Virus record (IMG/VR): IMGVR_UViG_2711768057_000002
Strand: one strand, 5' to 3'
Length of the DNA stretch: 18,974 nt
From: a virus
Taxonomy: Duplodnaviria > Heunggongvirae > Uroviricota > Caudoviricetes
The notes beneath the pieces were generated by a model. It was given only the letters and a program-made list of their open reading frames with translations. It made no database searches and had not been told where the DNA came from. The position numbers were made by a program, and so were the translations under genes. How positions within the stretch are numbered: position 1 is the first letter of the stretch; every line of letters begins with the position of its first letter. Positions 6,996-15,066 of this stretch are shown here, piece by piece.

Positions 6996-8323
6996 TTTCC
7001 GTTCCTGTAAATGATTTTCTGACCAGTTTTAGGGTTGGTTGCCGTTGCGCCTTCTGATATTCCTCCGGTTGCCGCTTTTGCCTGTCCAGTGCCAGCCTGT
7101 GATGTAGGCTGCCCGGAAACATCGTCAAATAGCTTCGCTTTCCTTCTTTCAAGGCTTTTTCTTAGCCCCTGAGGAATAGTTTCTCCATATGTATCGAGAT
7201 ACTCGTCAACCTGCTGGTTAAACTGCTGCCCCATAGCATTGGCGTTGATTTTTGCGGCGTTAACAATGTTATCCTTTGCCTCCTGCGACAGGCCGTTTCC
7301 AGCATTAAGCTGGTCTATGTATCCTTTGATTTGTCCCCATATGCCATCAGACCGCATTACCTGAACCTGTTCGCCTTCACGAACGACTGACTGCGGGTCA
7401 AGAGATTTCATGTAGTTGAAGATAATCCCAAGTTGGGCAGCGCCAGTATTTACCTTGCTAAGGGCTTGCAGAGAGTTTGCCGCCGCTCTGACAGAGTTAT
7501 AATTTTTGCCAAAATTGGTAATGTCAGAATTTAATCCCTTAATTAAGTCTGCTGACGGCTTACCTTTTTGCCCCAGCTCCATTAGCTTCAATCCCATCTC
7601 ATCTGAGTGAATTTGTGCTCGCTGAGCCCTGTCTAGTTGAGCGTTCTGGATATTTGCCCATCCTCTCGCGTTCTCCATGTCAGCCTGACGCATACTTTCA
7701 TCCAGTCGCCCTTGCTCAAGTCGACGACCTTCCATTTGATCTTTGATATCGAAATACTTCTCATGACCGAGAGAAAACAGCGCCAGATTACCTGCGAAAT
7801 GCTGGAAGCCCTGCGGGTCATTAACCTGCATTTCAGCAATAGTTTCTGGAGGGATACCTAAACGACGCATCTCCTGCTCATTATCCATCATGAACCTGCC
7901 AAATGCGCCCTGACCAAGCGATGAGGCTACCTGTGCTTTGAGCGCCAGATTGCCATAATCATCCCTTTGAGCATCATCGACATAACTCATCCCTTTACGG
8001 ACTTCCTCAAACTCTTCTGGGAATGCTGTAATAAGATTACGCATCTGCTCCCTGTCACCGGACGCATAAGCATCTGCATAACCTTTCTGGAATGCCGCTT
8101 TACGCTCCTGCTGTTGCTGCTGCTTATAAATATCAGCAACTCCAGCCAGACCTCGAAGACCTGTCAGACCAACGTTATTTGCACCTGAGCGAGCCAGTTC
8201 ATTGTTTTCGCGGATCAGACCAAGCGTTGCGTTAATGTCGCTTGCCTTTGGCGCATTCTCATTTTGCGCACCAATGCCAGCCAGAAAACCACCAGAATTA
8301 ATACCCTGTTTCCACGTAGCCAT
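6980..8323 (-). CDS. Hypothetical 447-aa protein, Gln/Asn/Ala-rich, probably largely helical (start ATG 8323; track shows GTG 8335)
   Basis: ATG at 8323 lies 4 nt after the stop of the 57-aa ORF (TAAATCAATG); MATWKQGINSGG N-terminus; no Walker or nuclease motifs seen. Confidence 0.8.
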   Translation of the reverse strand: MATWKQGINSGGFLAGIGAQNENAPKASDINATLGLIRENNELARSGANNVGLTGLRGLAGVADIYKQQQQQERKAAFQKGYADAYASGDREQMRNLITAFPEEFEEVRKGMSYVDDAQRDDYGNLALKAQVASSLGQGAFGRFMMDNEQEMRRLGIPPETIAEMQVNDPQGFQHFAGNLALFSLGHEKYFDIKDQMEGRRLEQGRLDESMRQADMENARGWANIQNAQLDRAQRAQIHSDEMGLKLMELGQKGKPSADLIKGLNSDITNFGKNYNSVRAAANSLQALSKVNTGAAQLGIIFNYMKSLDPQSVVREGEQVQVMRSDGIWGQIKGYIDQLNAGNGLSQEAKDNIVNAAKINANAMGQQFNQQVDEYLDTYGETIPQGLRKSLERRKAKLFDDVSGQPTSQAGTGQAKAATGGISEGATATNPKTGQKIIYRNGKWQQM

Positions 8324-8327
8324 TGAT

Positions 8328-8501
8328 TTACCCACGTCCAGTTAAAGTGTAAGCCAGCGCCTTATCCATTAATCCCCGAGCAATTTCGTGGATCGTTGGC
8401 GCAACTCCTACCTCTGATTTTTTACGCTGCTCCTCCTGAATTTTCTTTATCGCTTCCATTTGCTTCTCACTTATCAATACCGGCTTTACTGAAATAGCCA
8501 T
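8328..8501 (-). CDS. Small 57-aa protein MAISVKPVLISEKQMEAIKKIQEEQRKKSEVGVAPTIHEIARGLMDKALAYTLTGRG (not in ORF track; below its size cut-off)
   Basis: Translated by hand from the minus strand; strong SD AAGGGGG 5 nt upstream of ATG 8501; stop TAA 8328-8330; strand-then-helices pattern compatible with a small RHH-like DNA-binding protein (inference). Confidence 0.5.
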   Translation of the reverse strand: MAISVKPVLISEKQMEAIKKIQEEQRKKSEVGVAPTIHEIARGLMDKALAYTLTGRG

Positions 8502-8516
8502 AACGCCCCCTTAGAA

Positions 8517-8563
8517 CTGTATAAAACAACAGTCATTATAGTTTCATAAAACGCAATATTCAT
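8517..8563 (-). promoter_or_regulatory. Candidate sigma70 promoter (-35 ATGAAT 8563-8558, 17-nt spacer, -10 TATAAT 8540-8535) overlapped at the transcription start by a LexA-box-like site CTGTATAAAACAACAG (8517-8532)
   Basis: Perfect TATAAT hexamer on the minus strand; CTGT-N8-ACAG with one perfect CTGTAT half-site, 3 nt downstream of the -10 and 16 nt upstream of the ATG at 8501. Confidence 0.4.
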
Positions 8564-8594
8564 CATTGTGATTGCAAAATATGAAACAAATAGC

Positions 8595-8629
8595 ACAAAA
8601 AAATGCCACCGCTCAGTAGCTGGTGGCAT
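8595..8629 (-). terminator. Rho-independent terminator (minus strand): ATGCCACC-11 nt loop-GGTGGCAT followed by TTTTTTTG
   Basis: Perfect 8-bp GC-rich stem (8603-8610 / 8622-8629) followed on the minus strand by a run of 7 T; separates the upstream genes from the SOS-box promoter. Confidence 0.6.
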
Positions 8630-8994
8630 CGTTCTGTATGTCAGGTTTTGACAGGTTTTTTATGGACTCTAAAAACTATATTTACGATGTCGCATTACTC
8701 TTCACGGCAGGCGCTTTCCAGTTCTGCCCTTGCTTCTGGCTCCATTGGTAATTTGATTCGCGATCAGCTATGCGGATGGTTTGCTGAACAGGCATAACAA
8801 CATCTCAGAGGCTATTTTTTGAACTACGAAAATTTCGTAGGTCTCTCCTTCAAAAACGTCACGCCCTTGTACACTGGATTTTACAAAAGTCTCGTAAAAC
8901 TCTTTGCTGTTCTGGGCTATGTGCCAAACCGCAGCGAATACCTCCGTCTGCCAGATGAGCAAAACATACCTTATAAAGAAAATCGCTGTTTTTG

Positions 8995-9098
8995 CTGTAC
9001 CACCTGTACCACCATGTCACAAACCCTTGTGTGACGCGGCCTGCAGGTGGTACAGGTGGGTAAAAATGACCTCTCCCCACCTGTACAGACCTGTACCA
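8995..9098. repeat. Iteron cluster A: TGTACCACC x2 direct (8996-9013), inverted copy GGTGGTACAGGTGG (9047-9060), ACCTGTAC(C) x2 (9078-9097); internal palindrome GTCACA-N8-TGTGAC (9016-9035)
   Basis: Read directly from sequence; same core motif (ACCTGTACCACC / GGTGGTACAGGT) as cluster B about 1.1 kb away. Confidence 0.6.
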
Positions 9099-9103
9099 TT
9101 TAT

Positions 9104-9841
9104 TTAATTTTTACCCATAGCAGCACATAATCCCTTTTTTGAAATATTGAAAAATGCGTTCATTCTTCCCGCTGGCTTAACCTTGTAGCCGCTTGCCACC
9201 ATCGCCGCAATAAATGCTCCGTTGGGGATATAGTGCGGGTGATCACTGTGCTGGTGGTTTATCTGGTTATATCGCTCCACTTCATGCTTCAACGTGTCAG
9301 ATGTGGGGTTATCCTGCGGGAAGCTCTCAATCTGGGCATTACTCATCCCGTTGTCTCTGATCCATCTCAGGCAGCTTTTCGCCGATACGATAAATGACGG
9401 GTTATCAAGCGGGTTTTCCCAGTCCGCATTCCGGTTGTGGAGCGCCAGTCCGTCAAGGTTAAATTGTGGGTATTCAGCGGTAATTACTGTCACTGCGTGG
9501 CGGATTTCAGTCTCGTCACAACATGGCTCATCTCCCACACCAGCAGGGTAATAATCTGAACCACCGGGACTGATACAGCGTTTACCACTGAAAGGCCATT
9601 GCTTCGCCATTTCGGGTGTTGAGTGATTACCGTCGCTCCGTTCGCGCTGTGCCTCTGTCCACTGGCTGGCATATTCAGTAAATGAAACCCTTTGCCCCTG
9701 ACGCATCCAGTGCGCAATCATAATTAAAGTGCGTTCCAGACTTTGGATGTCGCCAGCATTCCCGCACTGTGTAGCGAAACTTTTTAATTCTTCGCGCTCC
9801 GTTCTGGTCATTCCCTGCGGTATGCAATAGTTATTGCTCAT
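9104..9841 (-). CDS. Hypothetical 245-aa protein
   Basis: SD GAGAGG 7 nt upstream of ATG 9841; start overlaps the upstream 76-aa ORF stop (translational coupling). Confidence 0.65.
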   Translation of the reverse strand: MSNNYCIPQGMTRTEREELKSFATQCGNAGDIQSLERTLIMIAHWMRQGQRVSFTEYASQWTEAQRERSDGNHSTPEMAKQWPFSGKRCISPGGSDYYPAGVGDEPCCDETEIRHAVTVITAEYPQFNLDGLALHNRNADWENPLDNPSFIVSAKSCLRWIRDNGMSNAQIESFPQDNPTSDTLKHEVERYNQINHQHSDHPHYIPNGAFIAAMVASGYKVKPAGRMNAFFNISKKGLCAAMGKN

Positions 9842-10058
9842 GTTTTACCTCTCTGATTTCTGCTGCCATATCTGTTGGCTCTATACAGCCGTCCCGACTT
9901 GCCACGCAGGGAATAATGATTTCAACGGTATCGCCGTCAATACACATTTCAACATTCGCCCATGCCGCAATGGGTAGCCAGTCTGAACGCCCCTCAAACC
10001 GTAGCTGCCAGCCAGAGGAAGAAGCTAACTGGCGCACTTTGTAAAATGGTGTGCTCAT
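9831..10058 (-). CDS. Hypothetical small protein (75-76 aa; ATG at 10058 or 10061)
   Basis: SD GAGAGGA 9-12 nt upstream of the tandem ATGs; stop overlaps the downstream gene's start. Confidence 0.5.
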   Translation of the reverse strand: MSTPFYKVRQLASSSGWQLRFEGRSDWLPIAAWANVEMCIDGDTVEIIIPCVASRDGCIEPTDMAAEIREVKHEQ

Positions 10059-10104
10059 CATTGGTTGTTTCCTCTCAGCCAGCCAGAAGAAATGCGTTTG
10101 TTAA

Positions 10105-10210
10105 TGGTATAGGTGGTACAGGTCTGGTATAGGTAAGATATTGACCTGTACCACTATAACGCACTGTTTTTAATACTGAATTAGCAAAGTGGTATAGGTG
10201 GTACAGGTAA
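10105..10210. repeat. Iteron cluster B (putative replication-origin-like element): GGTGGTACAGGT at 10112-10123 and 10197-10208, inverted ACCTGTACCAC at 10144-10154, flanking TGGTATAGGT repeats; A-rich stretch 10209-10255 follows
   Basis: Read from sequence; lies immediately downstream of the primase-helicase stop (10238), the position where P4 carries its ori iterons (recalled knowledge). Confidence 0.55.
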
Positions 10211-10237
10211 AAACGATCTTCTTGTAAAAAGACTATA

Positions 10238-12589
10238 TTAAAAAACATCATAACCCCCCATACCGATCAGACGGGCAAACGCAGCCTGTAGAACTCCGAC
10301 CTCTGGTAGTTCGTAGAACACGCCATTCCCTCGGTCTGGTCTTCCATGCTTCACCAGCCCCATTTGTGCAAGTGATTTACCCAGTAGTGATCTGGCTGCT
10401 GGCTCTTTAAGCTTTTCCCCACGCTCAAGCGACCACGCTACAAATCGACTAACCATATCCTTTGCAAACAAACGGACTTCGCCATTAAACGGAGGTTCAT
10501 TGATTAGCTCGCCATAAAGAAACAATTCAACGCCAGACAGCCCCAGCAAGATTTCTTCACGTAAGGCATCGGTCTGTGGCGCTCGTTGAGGGTCAAAACC
10601 TGAGAGATCCACCCCTTTAAGATGCCAAAGCAACTTTGCGGCACCGCCATCATTAAGCCAACTGTACAGCCGATCAAAATACTCCCGACTCTGTGCTTTT
10701 TCAGGAGATGGCTCAAGCACGAGATAGCGACGCTCTCTTATCCCTGCCTGTAATACCTGTGTGCTGTTACTGGCAAATATCAACCGGGCAAAATTCGGCA
10801 TTGGTTCAGCATCAATTCCCTTGCGCTCAAGGTTAAACGTCGGTTCGCTAATAATCGCTTTAAGTCTGTCAGCTTCAGACGGCTTGTGGATCGTCACTTC
10901 GTCAGCAAATACCAGTAGCTTGTTAGCAAGTATTGAATTGAAGCGCCCTGAAATATGTCCCGCCCCGTTAATGTGGGCGGCGTACTGCCCCAGTATTTGC
11001 AGCAGCGGTTTAACCGTTGTGCCTTTCCCTGTGCCCGGGACAGATTTCATCACGATTGCCACGGACGGTTTTTCATCAGGCTTTTGGATAATGTGCGCCA
11101 TCCACTGGATAAGATATTGGTATGCCTCCTCATTACCGGCACAGACAACCTGCAACAGGTGATTAAGGTATACCGTGCAATCTCCTTCAATTGGTTCCAG
11201 TGCCAGCCCCTCATACAGATTAAAAACATCGTCAGGGCATTTGTCTGGTACTGGATAAAATCCTACGCCTCCTGGCTTGTAGTTCTTCCCACTCCATGAC
11301 AGCCACGCCGATCCCGCCAGCTTTCTGGCGACTCTCGGTTTATGATGAAAATAATGCTGAAATTGTGATAAATCCTCGAAAACGTGCGATACACCGCCGG
11401 TTTGAGAAGGCTTTAGCGACACCACCTTGTGTTTCCCGCCGATGGTGACATGCGTAAACGTCCGGTTGATTTCTTCGAGGACAGCAATTTCATCATCGCT
11501 TAACACCTCGCCAGAACTGATCTCATTCAGCGCCCCGACTGACTGTTTGTGATTTTTCACCTGCGCCCCTTTCCCCCGTGGCTGGTACATCGAATCTTTA
11601 AATGCTGCTGTGGCTGCCGCCAGCCCGTGTTGTTGGTGATAGTCGTTCCAGTCGGCTTTATAGTCAGTCGGTGGCAGAGACACCCAGCCAGCTACGGAAA
11701 TAGCGGCCCTCTCTGCGGCATCTTTCCCCGTGTTGATCCCTCCACTTTCTGAGTCTCCTTGCTGGTGATCGTTATCTGCGGCAATGATTATTTGTGCCTG
11801 CGGATATGTTCTGCGCATGACTTCCGCTACTGGCAACAGGTTGCCAGCGTCGATTGCTGCCACTGTCATTGCGTCAGGGCGAATTAAATGGCACGACAGG
11901 GCGGTAGCCACCCCCTCAGCAATTATGATGCTGTGAGGTCGTTTCTGTGCGTTTATGGCGTGATATGCCCCCCGCTTTGCCGAACCTGTCAGGAGTCTTT
12001 TTTCACCATGTGGGGTAATAGTCTGTGCTGCTGTGACTGCGCCGGATTTATCCACCAGCGCCAGCAACAGAGATCCATCGGGCAACACGGGGAATGTAAA
12101 ATCACCTACCCCTTTCGCAACCAGATAATCAGATTTGCCGTTTACAGCCTTTCTGCGCATGTCATCAAACTGACGGGAAAACGTATCCCGTCTTTGTTGT
12201 TCGTCCTTCTCTGCCCTTTTCAGGCGCTCCTGTTCGCGTCGCTGGCGCTCGGTTTCCAGTTGTTCCCGTTTCTGGCTGGTGGCTTCTGGTGTTTCCGTTG
12301 TCCGGTAATCAATACCCAGAACATCAGCGGCAAGAAGCGCCGCCTCTGTTGTGTCGCAGTTATTTACGCGTTTAATTAAATCCAGCCCATCACCAGCGCC
12401 GCACTGATTACAGATGAAGCTACCGCGCCCGTTGTCATCGAACCGGAATCGATCTTTGCCCCCACATGCAGGGCAGGGAGCATGACGGCGCGGAGAGTCA
12501 GGGACATTTATGTTCAGGCAGCCCAGCACATGAGGCCAGTTGTTTTCAGACGCACTGATAACCTGACGGATAAGATCAATGTTTCGCAT
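10238..12589 (-). CDS. P4-alpha-like primase-helicase (zinc-finger/Toprim primase domain plus P4-family NTPase domain), 783 aa
   Basis: N-terminal Cys motif CPACGGKDRFRF...FICNQCG; Toprim-like IIIAEGVATALS and AADNDH; Walker A MKSVPGTGKGTT and Walker B LLVFADEV; size close to P4 alpha (777 aa); SD GGGGG upstream of ATG. Confidence 0.92.
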   Translation of the reverse strand: MRNIDLIRQVISASENNWPHVLGCLNINVPDSPRRHAPCPACGGKDRFRFDDNGRGSFICNQCGAGDGLDLIKRVNNCDTTEAALLAADVLGIDYRTTETPEATSQKREQLETERQRREQERLKRAEKDEQQRRDTFSRQFDDMRRKAVNGKSDYLVAKGVGDFTFPVLPDGSLLLALVDKSGAVTAAQTITPHGEKRLLTGSAKRGAYHAINAQKRPHSIIIAEGVATALSCHLIRPDAMTVAAIDAGNLLPVAEVMRRTYPQAQIIIAADNDHQQGDSESGGINTGKDAAERAAISVAGWVSLPPTDYKADWNDYHQQHGLAAATAAFKDSMYQPRGKGAQVKNHKQSVGALNEISSGEVLSDDEIAVLEEINRTFTHVTIGGKHKVVSLKPSQTGGVSHVFEDLSQFQHYFHHKPRVARKLAGSAWLSWSGKNYKPGGVGFYPVPDKCPDDVFNLYEGLALEPIEGDCTVYLNHLLQVVCAGNEEAYQYLIQWMAHIIQKPDEKPSVAIVMKSVPGTGKGTTVKPLLQILGQYAAHINGAGHISGRFNSILANKLLVFADEVTIHKPSEADRLKAIISEPTFNLERKGIDAEPMPNFARLIFASNSTQVLQAGIRERRYLVLEPSPEKAQSREYFDRLYSWLNDGGAAKLLWHLKGVDLSGFDPQRAPQTDALREEILLGLSGVELFLYGELINEPPFNGEVRLFAKDMVSRFVAWSLERGEKLKEPAARSLLGKSLAQMGLVKHGRPDRGNGVFYELPEVGVLQAAFARLIGMGGYDVF

Positions 12590-12601
12590 TCTGGCCCCCG
12601 T

Positions 12602-13204
12602 TTAGTGCGTCACTGGTGCTTCTGGGATGCCGTTTTCGTTTAGTTCGGCAATAAAGCTGTTGTGAAGATCGGCAAGCACTTCTCGCCCAAACGAAGTGAG
12701 TGTTCCCTGTTCGACATCGAACATGTTGCTGTAAAAAATGATGGCATTCTTTGTTCCGACATCAACACCATATTTCTCGATCATTGCGCCCTCAATGTTG
12801 TTTGCCATAGCGAGGCGCTCTGCTACTGGATACAGCGGCATGGCGACGATGCCATTGGAATAAACAGAAACCACGGAATGATTGCCACTGTCATCAATAA
12901 TGCTGACGGTGCCGTTTTCCTTTCTCATTTCATTGATGAATGCTGTTGCTATCAGCCAGCGCCACATAATCACGTGATGCTGTGATGTGTAATCGAAATA
13001 TCCCTGGTTGCCGCCACTGGCAATAGCGAGATGTATAAACATGCCTTCATCTGGTTTATCGTCATAATCCCCGGCATCCAGACGATTTACGGCATCAATA
13101 TATGAGACGGTCTCAACGCGTTCTGTCATGCCATCGTTGCTGCGGTGCATGATGTTTACGCCGTCAGGCGTTGCTTCTGCATGGAAAGTTAAGAAATTAT
13201 TCAT
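12602..13204 (-). CDS. Hypothetical 200-aa protein immediately upstream of the primase (start ATG 13204; track extends to 13309)
   Basis: ATG 13204 preceded by SD GAGG 7 nt upstream and located 2 nt after the stop of the upstream ORF (ATGAATAA overlap). Confidence 0.65.
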   Translation of the reverse strand: MNNFLTFHAEATPDGVNIMHRSNDGMTERVETVSYIDAVNRLDAGDYDDKPDEGMFIHLAIASGGNQGYFDYTSQHHVIMWRWLIATAFINEMRKENGTVSIIDDSGNHSVVSVYSNGIVAMPLYPVAERLAMANNIEGAMIEKYGVDVGTKNAIIFYSNMFDVEQGTLTSFGREVLADLHNSFIAELNENGIPEAPVTH

Positions 13205-13418
13205 GTTTCGCCTCGCCTGAATGATTCTGTAACTCATATTTGCCCAACAATTCGTCTGCTTCCTGAATAGCTTCTGGTACGCCATTGAGCAGTGACATAA
13301 CCGCGCCAATCATTAACTTGTCTCTGTTGCTGGGGCTGGCCCCTTCAAGCCAGAACCCTAAAACAGTCTGAACCTGTTCGATGCGACATTGCGCTTCAAT
13401 GAGCTGGATGTTGGTCAT
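13197..13418 (-). CDS. Hypothetical 73-aa protein
   Basis: SD GGAGAG 7 nt upstream; ATGA start/stop overlap with the upstream ORF. Confidence 0.55.
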   Translation of the reverse strand: MTNIQLIEAQCRIEQVQTVLGFWLEGASPSNRDKLMIGAVMSLLNGVPEAIQEADELLGKYELQNHSGEAKHE

Positions 13419-13678
13419 TTCGCACTCTCCACATCGATTAAACCGATATCTATCAGGGAGGTAACTTTTTGTAGCCAGCTATTGATTACTGTCGCCTGTT
13501 CCCCTCCCACCGAGGGAACAATCTCATTCATCACATGAACCAGACCTGTGCGCGCTCTGGTAAGCCGTTCAGTCGCGCAATCTGCGGGAGTGAATGTGTC
13601 TGGATATGGCTCTTCGCGCCCCAGCAATGATTCAATTTCCAGCTCACACGGATGACGATAAATTAAGTTGATATTCAT
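13415..13678 (-). CDS. Hypothetical 87-aa protein
   Basis: SD GGGGGTG 5 nt upstream; ATGA overlap with the upstream ORF. Confidence 0.55.
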   Translation of the reverse strand: MNINLIYRHPCELEIESLLGREEPYPDTFTPADCATERLTRARTGLVHVMNEIVPSVGGEQATVINSWLQKVTSLIDIGLIDVESAK

Positions 13679-13869
13679 TTTTCACCCCCAAGAATTACCA
13701 GCTCGGCACGGGCATCGTTAACCAAAGATGAGCACGCTTTAATCGCATCCACGACATCAGCAGCGTCCATTTCTTCAGCCGAAAGACTGACAGCAATCAG
13801 GACAGCCGCTGCTTGCTCGATTAATTGAAGTGCGGACGTAAGGCGAGGGGTATTAATTGAGTTATTCAT
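13675..13869 (-). CDS. Hypothetical 64-aa protein
   Basis: SD GGGGG 6-7 nt upstream; start overlaps the stop of the 342-aa ORF (ATGAATAA). Confidence 0.55.
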   Translation of the reverse strand: MNNSINTPRLTSALQLIEQAAAVLIAVSLSAEEMDAADVVDAIKACSSLVNDARAELVILGGEK

Positions 13870-14890
13870 TGGTTGCCCCCGTTTTTACTGGCATTTCGCC
13901 ACCTTCCAGCAGGAAATGAACGTCACGAACGGCGAGATCCAATATCGCGAGTAACGCCTTCAGTCTTTCGTCTCGTGAGGGAGAGTTGCTCACCAGAATG
14001 TCGTTAATCACTTCTGTCAGTGTGATGATCTGGCTTGTGCGTTCGAGGGGATCCATATGCACATCGTAGGTTTTAATCATGTGCCACCTCCATGCGGATA
14101 CGACCAGCAAAAAAGCAGACGTGATCGCGCACCAGAGAACGGCGAGCATCGCGTTCAGACTCGGCAGCAATATGATGAATTTTGGCGGTAATTGTCGGGC
14201 AATCGCGGCGAACTGCGGCGATAATCCAGATAAATTGCGGTTTTTGGGTAGGGGTAGTAGCCAGCATGTGGCAGCCTCCTTGATTGATGGTTTATAGCCA
14301 CCGCCCAAGAGACCAATCTTGCTGGCGGTGGACTGTACGGAGTTGGCCTTACTGGCAATCAAGGAAACCAGCCTACCCGAAGGTAGCCCCATACAGCCCA
14401 CCATTGATAAGGTGTGCGTGTGCGCCGATACAAAAAAAGACGCTGGCGCGTCATGTATCGCCTCGATTGTCAGCGGGAGGCCAATCCCGGCACCCGTTTT
14501 ATGAGGTGCCTTATAACCATAAACCGTGTTGCCGCATAACGGCAAGCTCTTTTTTATGGACTCCGAAAACTCACTATTGGAAGCACCAGATGCACAATAC
14601 ATCGCGCTCATTTCGTTAACGTCACGCGCATGGACGAAGGTTTTTGTGGAGTCACTACACGAGCGGAAGACATCATCTACGACCAGAAATTTTCTGGCGC
14701 AGCCGCTGACCTTCTCAATGCTAATATCATCGCCCGAGATTTCTGGTATGGTTAAGGCATCCGTTCCGACCACCAGCAAATGATAAACTTTGCTTGTATC
14801 TGCTGTATTAATGCCTGACTTTGCCGTCATATTGCTGGATTTTGGCGACATACCAGCCAGTGAAAATGTCTTCTTCTGGACGGGTATCAT
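13862..14890 (-). CDS. Hypothetical ORF (342 aa as drawn; possibly composite, see findings)
   Basis: Start at 14890 well supported (SD GGAGG 7 nt upstream, ATGA overlap with upstream gene); the central part has odd composition and an in-frame ATG at 14080 has its own strong SD GGAGGTG. Confidence 0.45.
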   Translation of the reverse strand: MIPVQKKTFSLAGMSPKSSNMTAKSGINTADTSKVYHLLVVGTDALTIPEISGDDISIEKVSGCARKFLVVDDVFRSCSDSTKTFVHARDVNEMSAMYCASGASNSEFSESIKKSLPLCGNTVYGYKAPHKTGAGIGLPLTIEAIHDAPASFFVSAHTHTLSMVGCMGLPSGRLVSLIASKANSVQSTASKIGLLGGGYKPSIKEAATCWLLPLPKNRNLSGLSPQFAAIARQLPPKFIILLPSLNAMLAVLWCAITSAFLLVVSAWRWHMIKTYDVHMDPLERTSQIITLTEVINDILVSNSPSRDERLKALLAILDLAVRDVHFLLEGGEMPVKTGATNE

Positions 14891-15066
14891 TGGTTAACCT
14901 CCGCGAACTCCTTCATGAAACGCGCCAGCGGTTGTACGCATGGCGATTGATACCCGTCGCGATAAAACGTCACTCGGTTGTGAGACACGCTTTCGACAGT
15001 AACGAGTGCTCCGTGGGCATCTTTGTAGCGTTTTTGTGGTTGTGGTATTCCTGTTGGCTTAGACAT
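14887..15066 (-). CDS. Hypothetical 59-aa protein (track ORF 14887-15153 trimmed to ATG 15066)
   Basis: SD GGAGG 7 nt upstream of ATG 15066, which overlaps the stop of the antirepressor-like gene (ATGTCTAA). Confidence 0.5.
   Translation of the reverse strand: MSKPTGIPQPQKRYKDAHGALVTVESVSHNRVTFYRDGYQSPCVQPLARFMKEFAEVNQ

Noticed and set aside
4878-8323. Calling the 447/705-aa pair P22-like ejection proteins (gp20/gp16) or a colicin
   Set aside because: Only size, gene order and composition are suggestive; I cannot recall matching sequence motifs, so I report them as unassigned with these ideas as hypotheses only.
8603-9080. Four 64-73-aa ORFs in the 8600-9080 spacer
   Set aside because: They start with TTG, lack SD sequences and overlap each other on both strands; the region is better explained as regulatory or noncoding.
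9104-9841. Calling the 245-aa protein a P4 Sid-like capsid-size determinant
   Set aside because: Only the length (Sid is about 244 aa) matches; the composition is not obviously helical and I recognise no motif.
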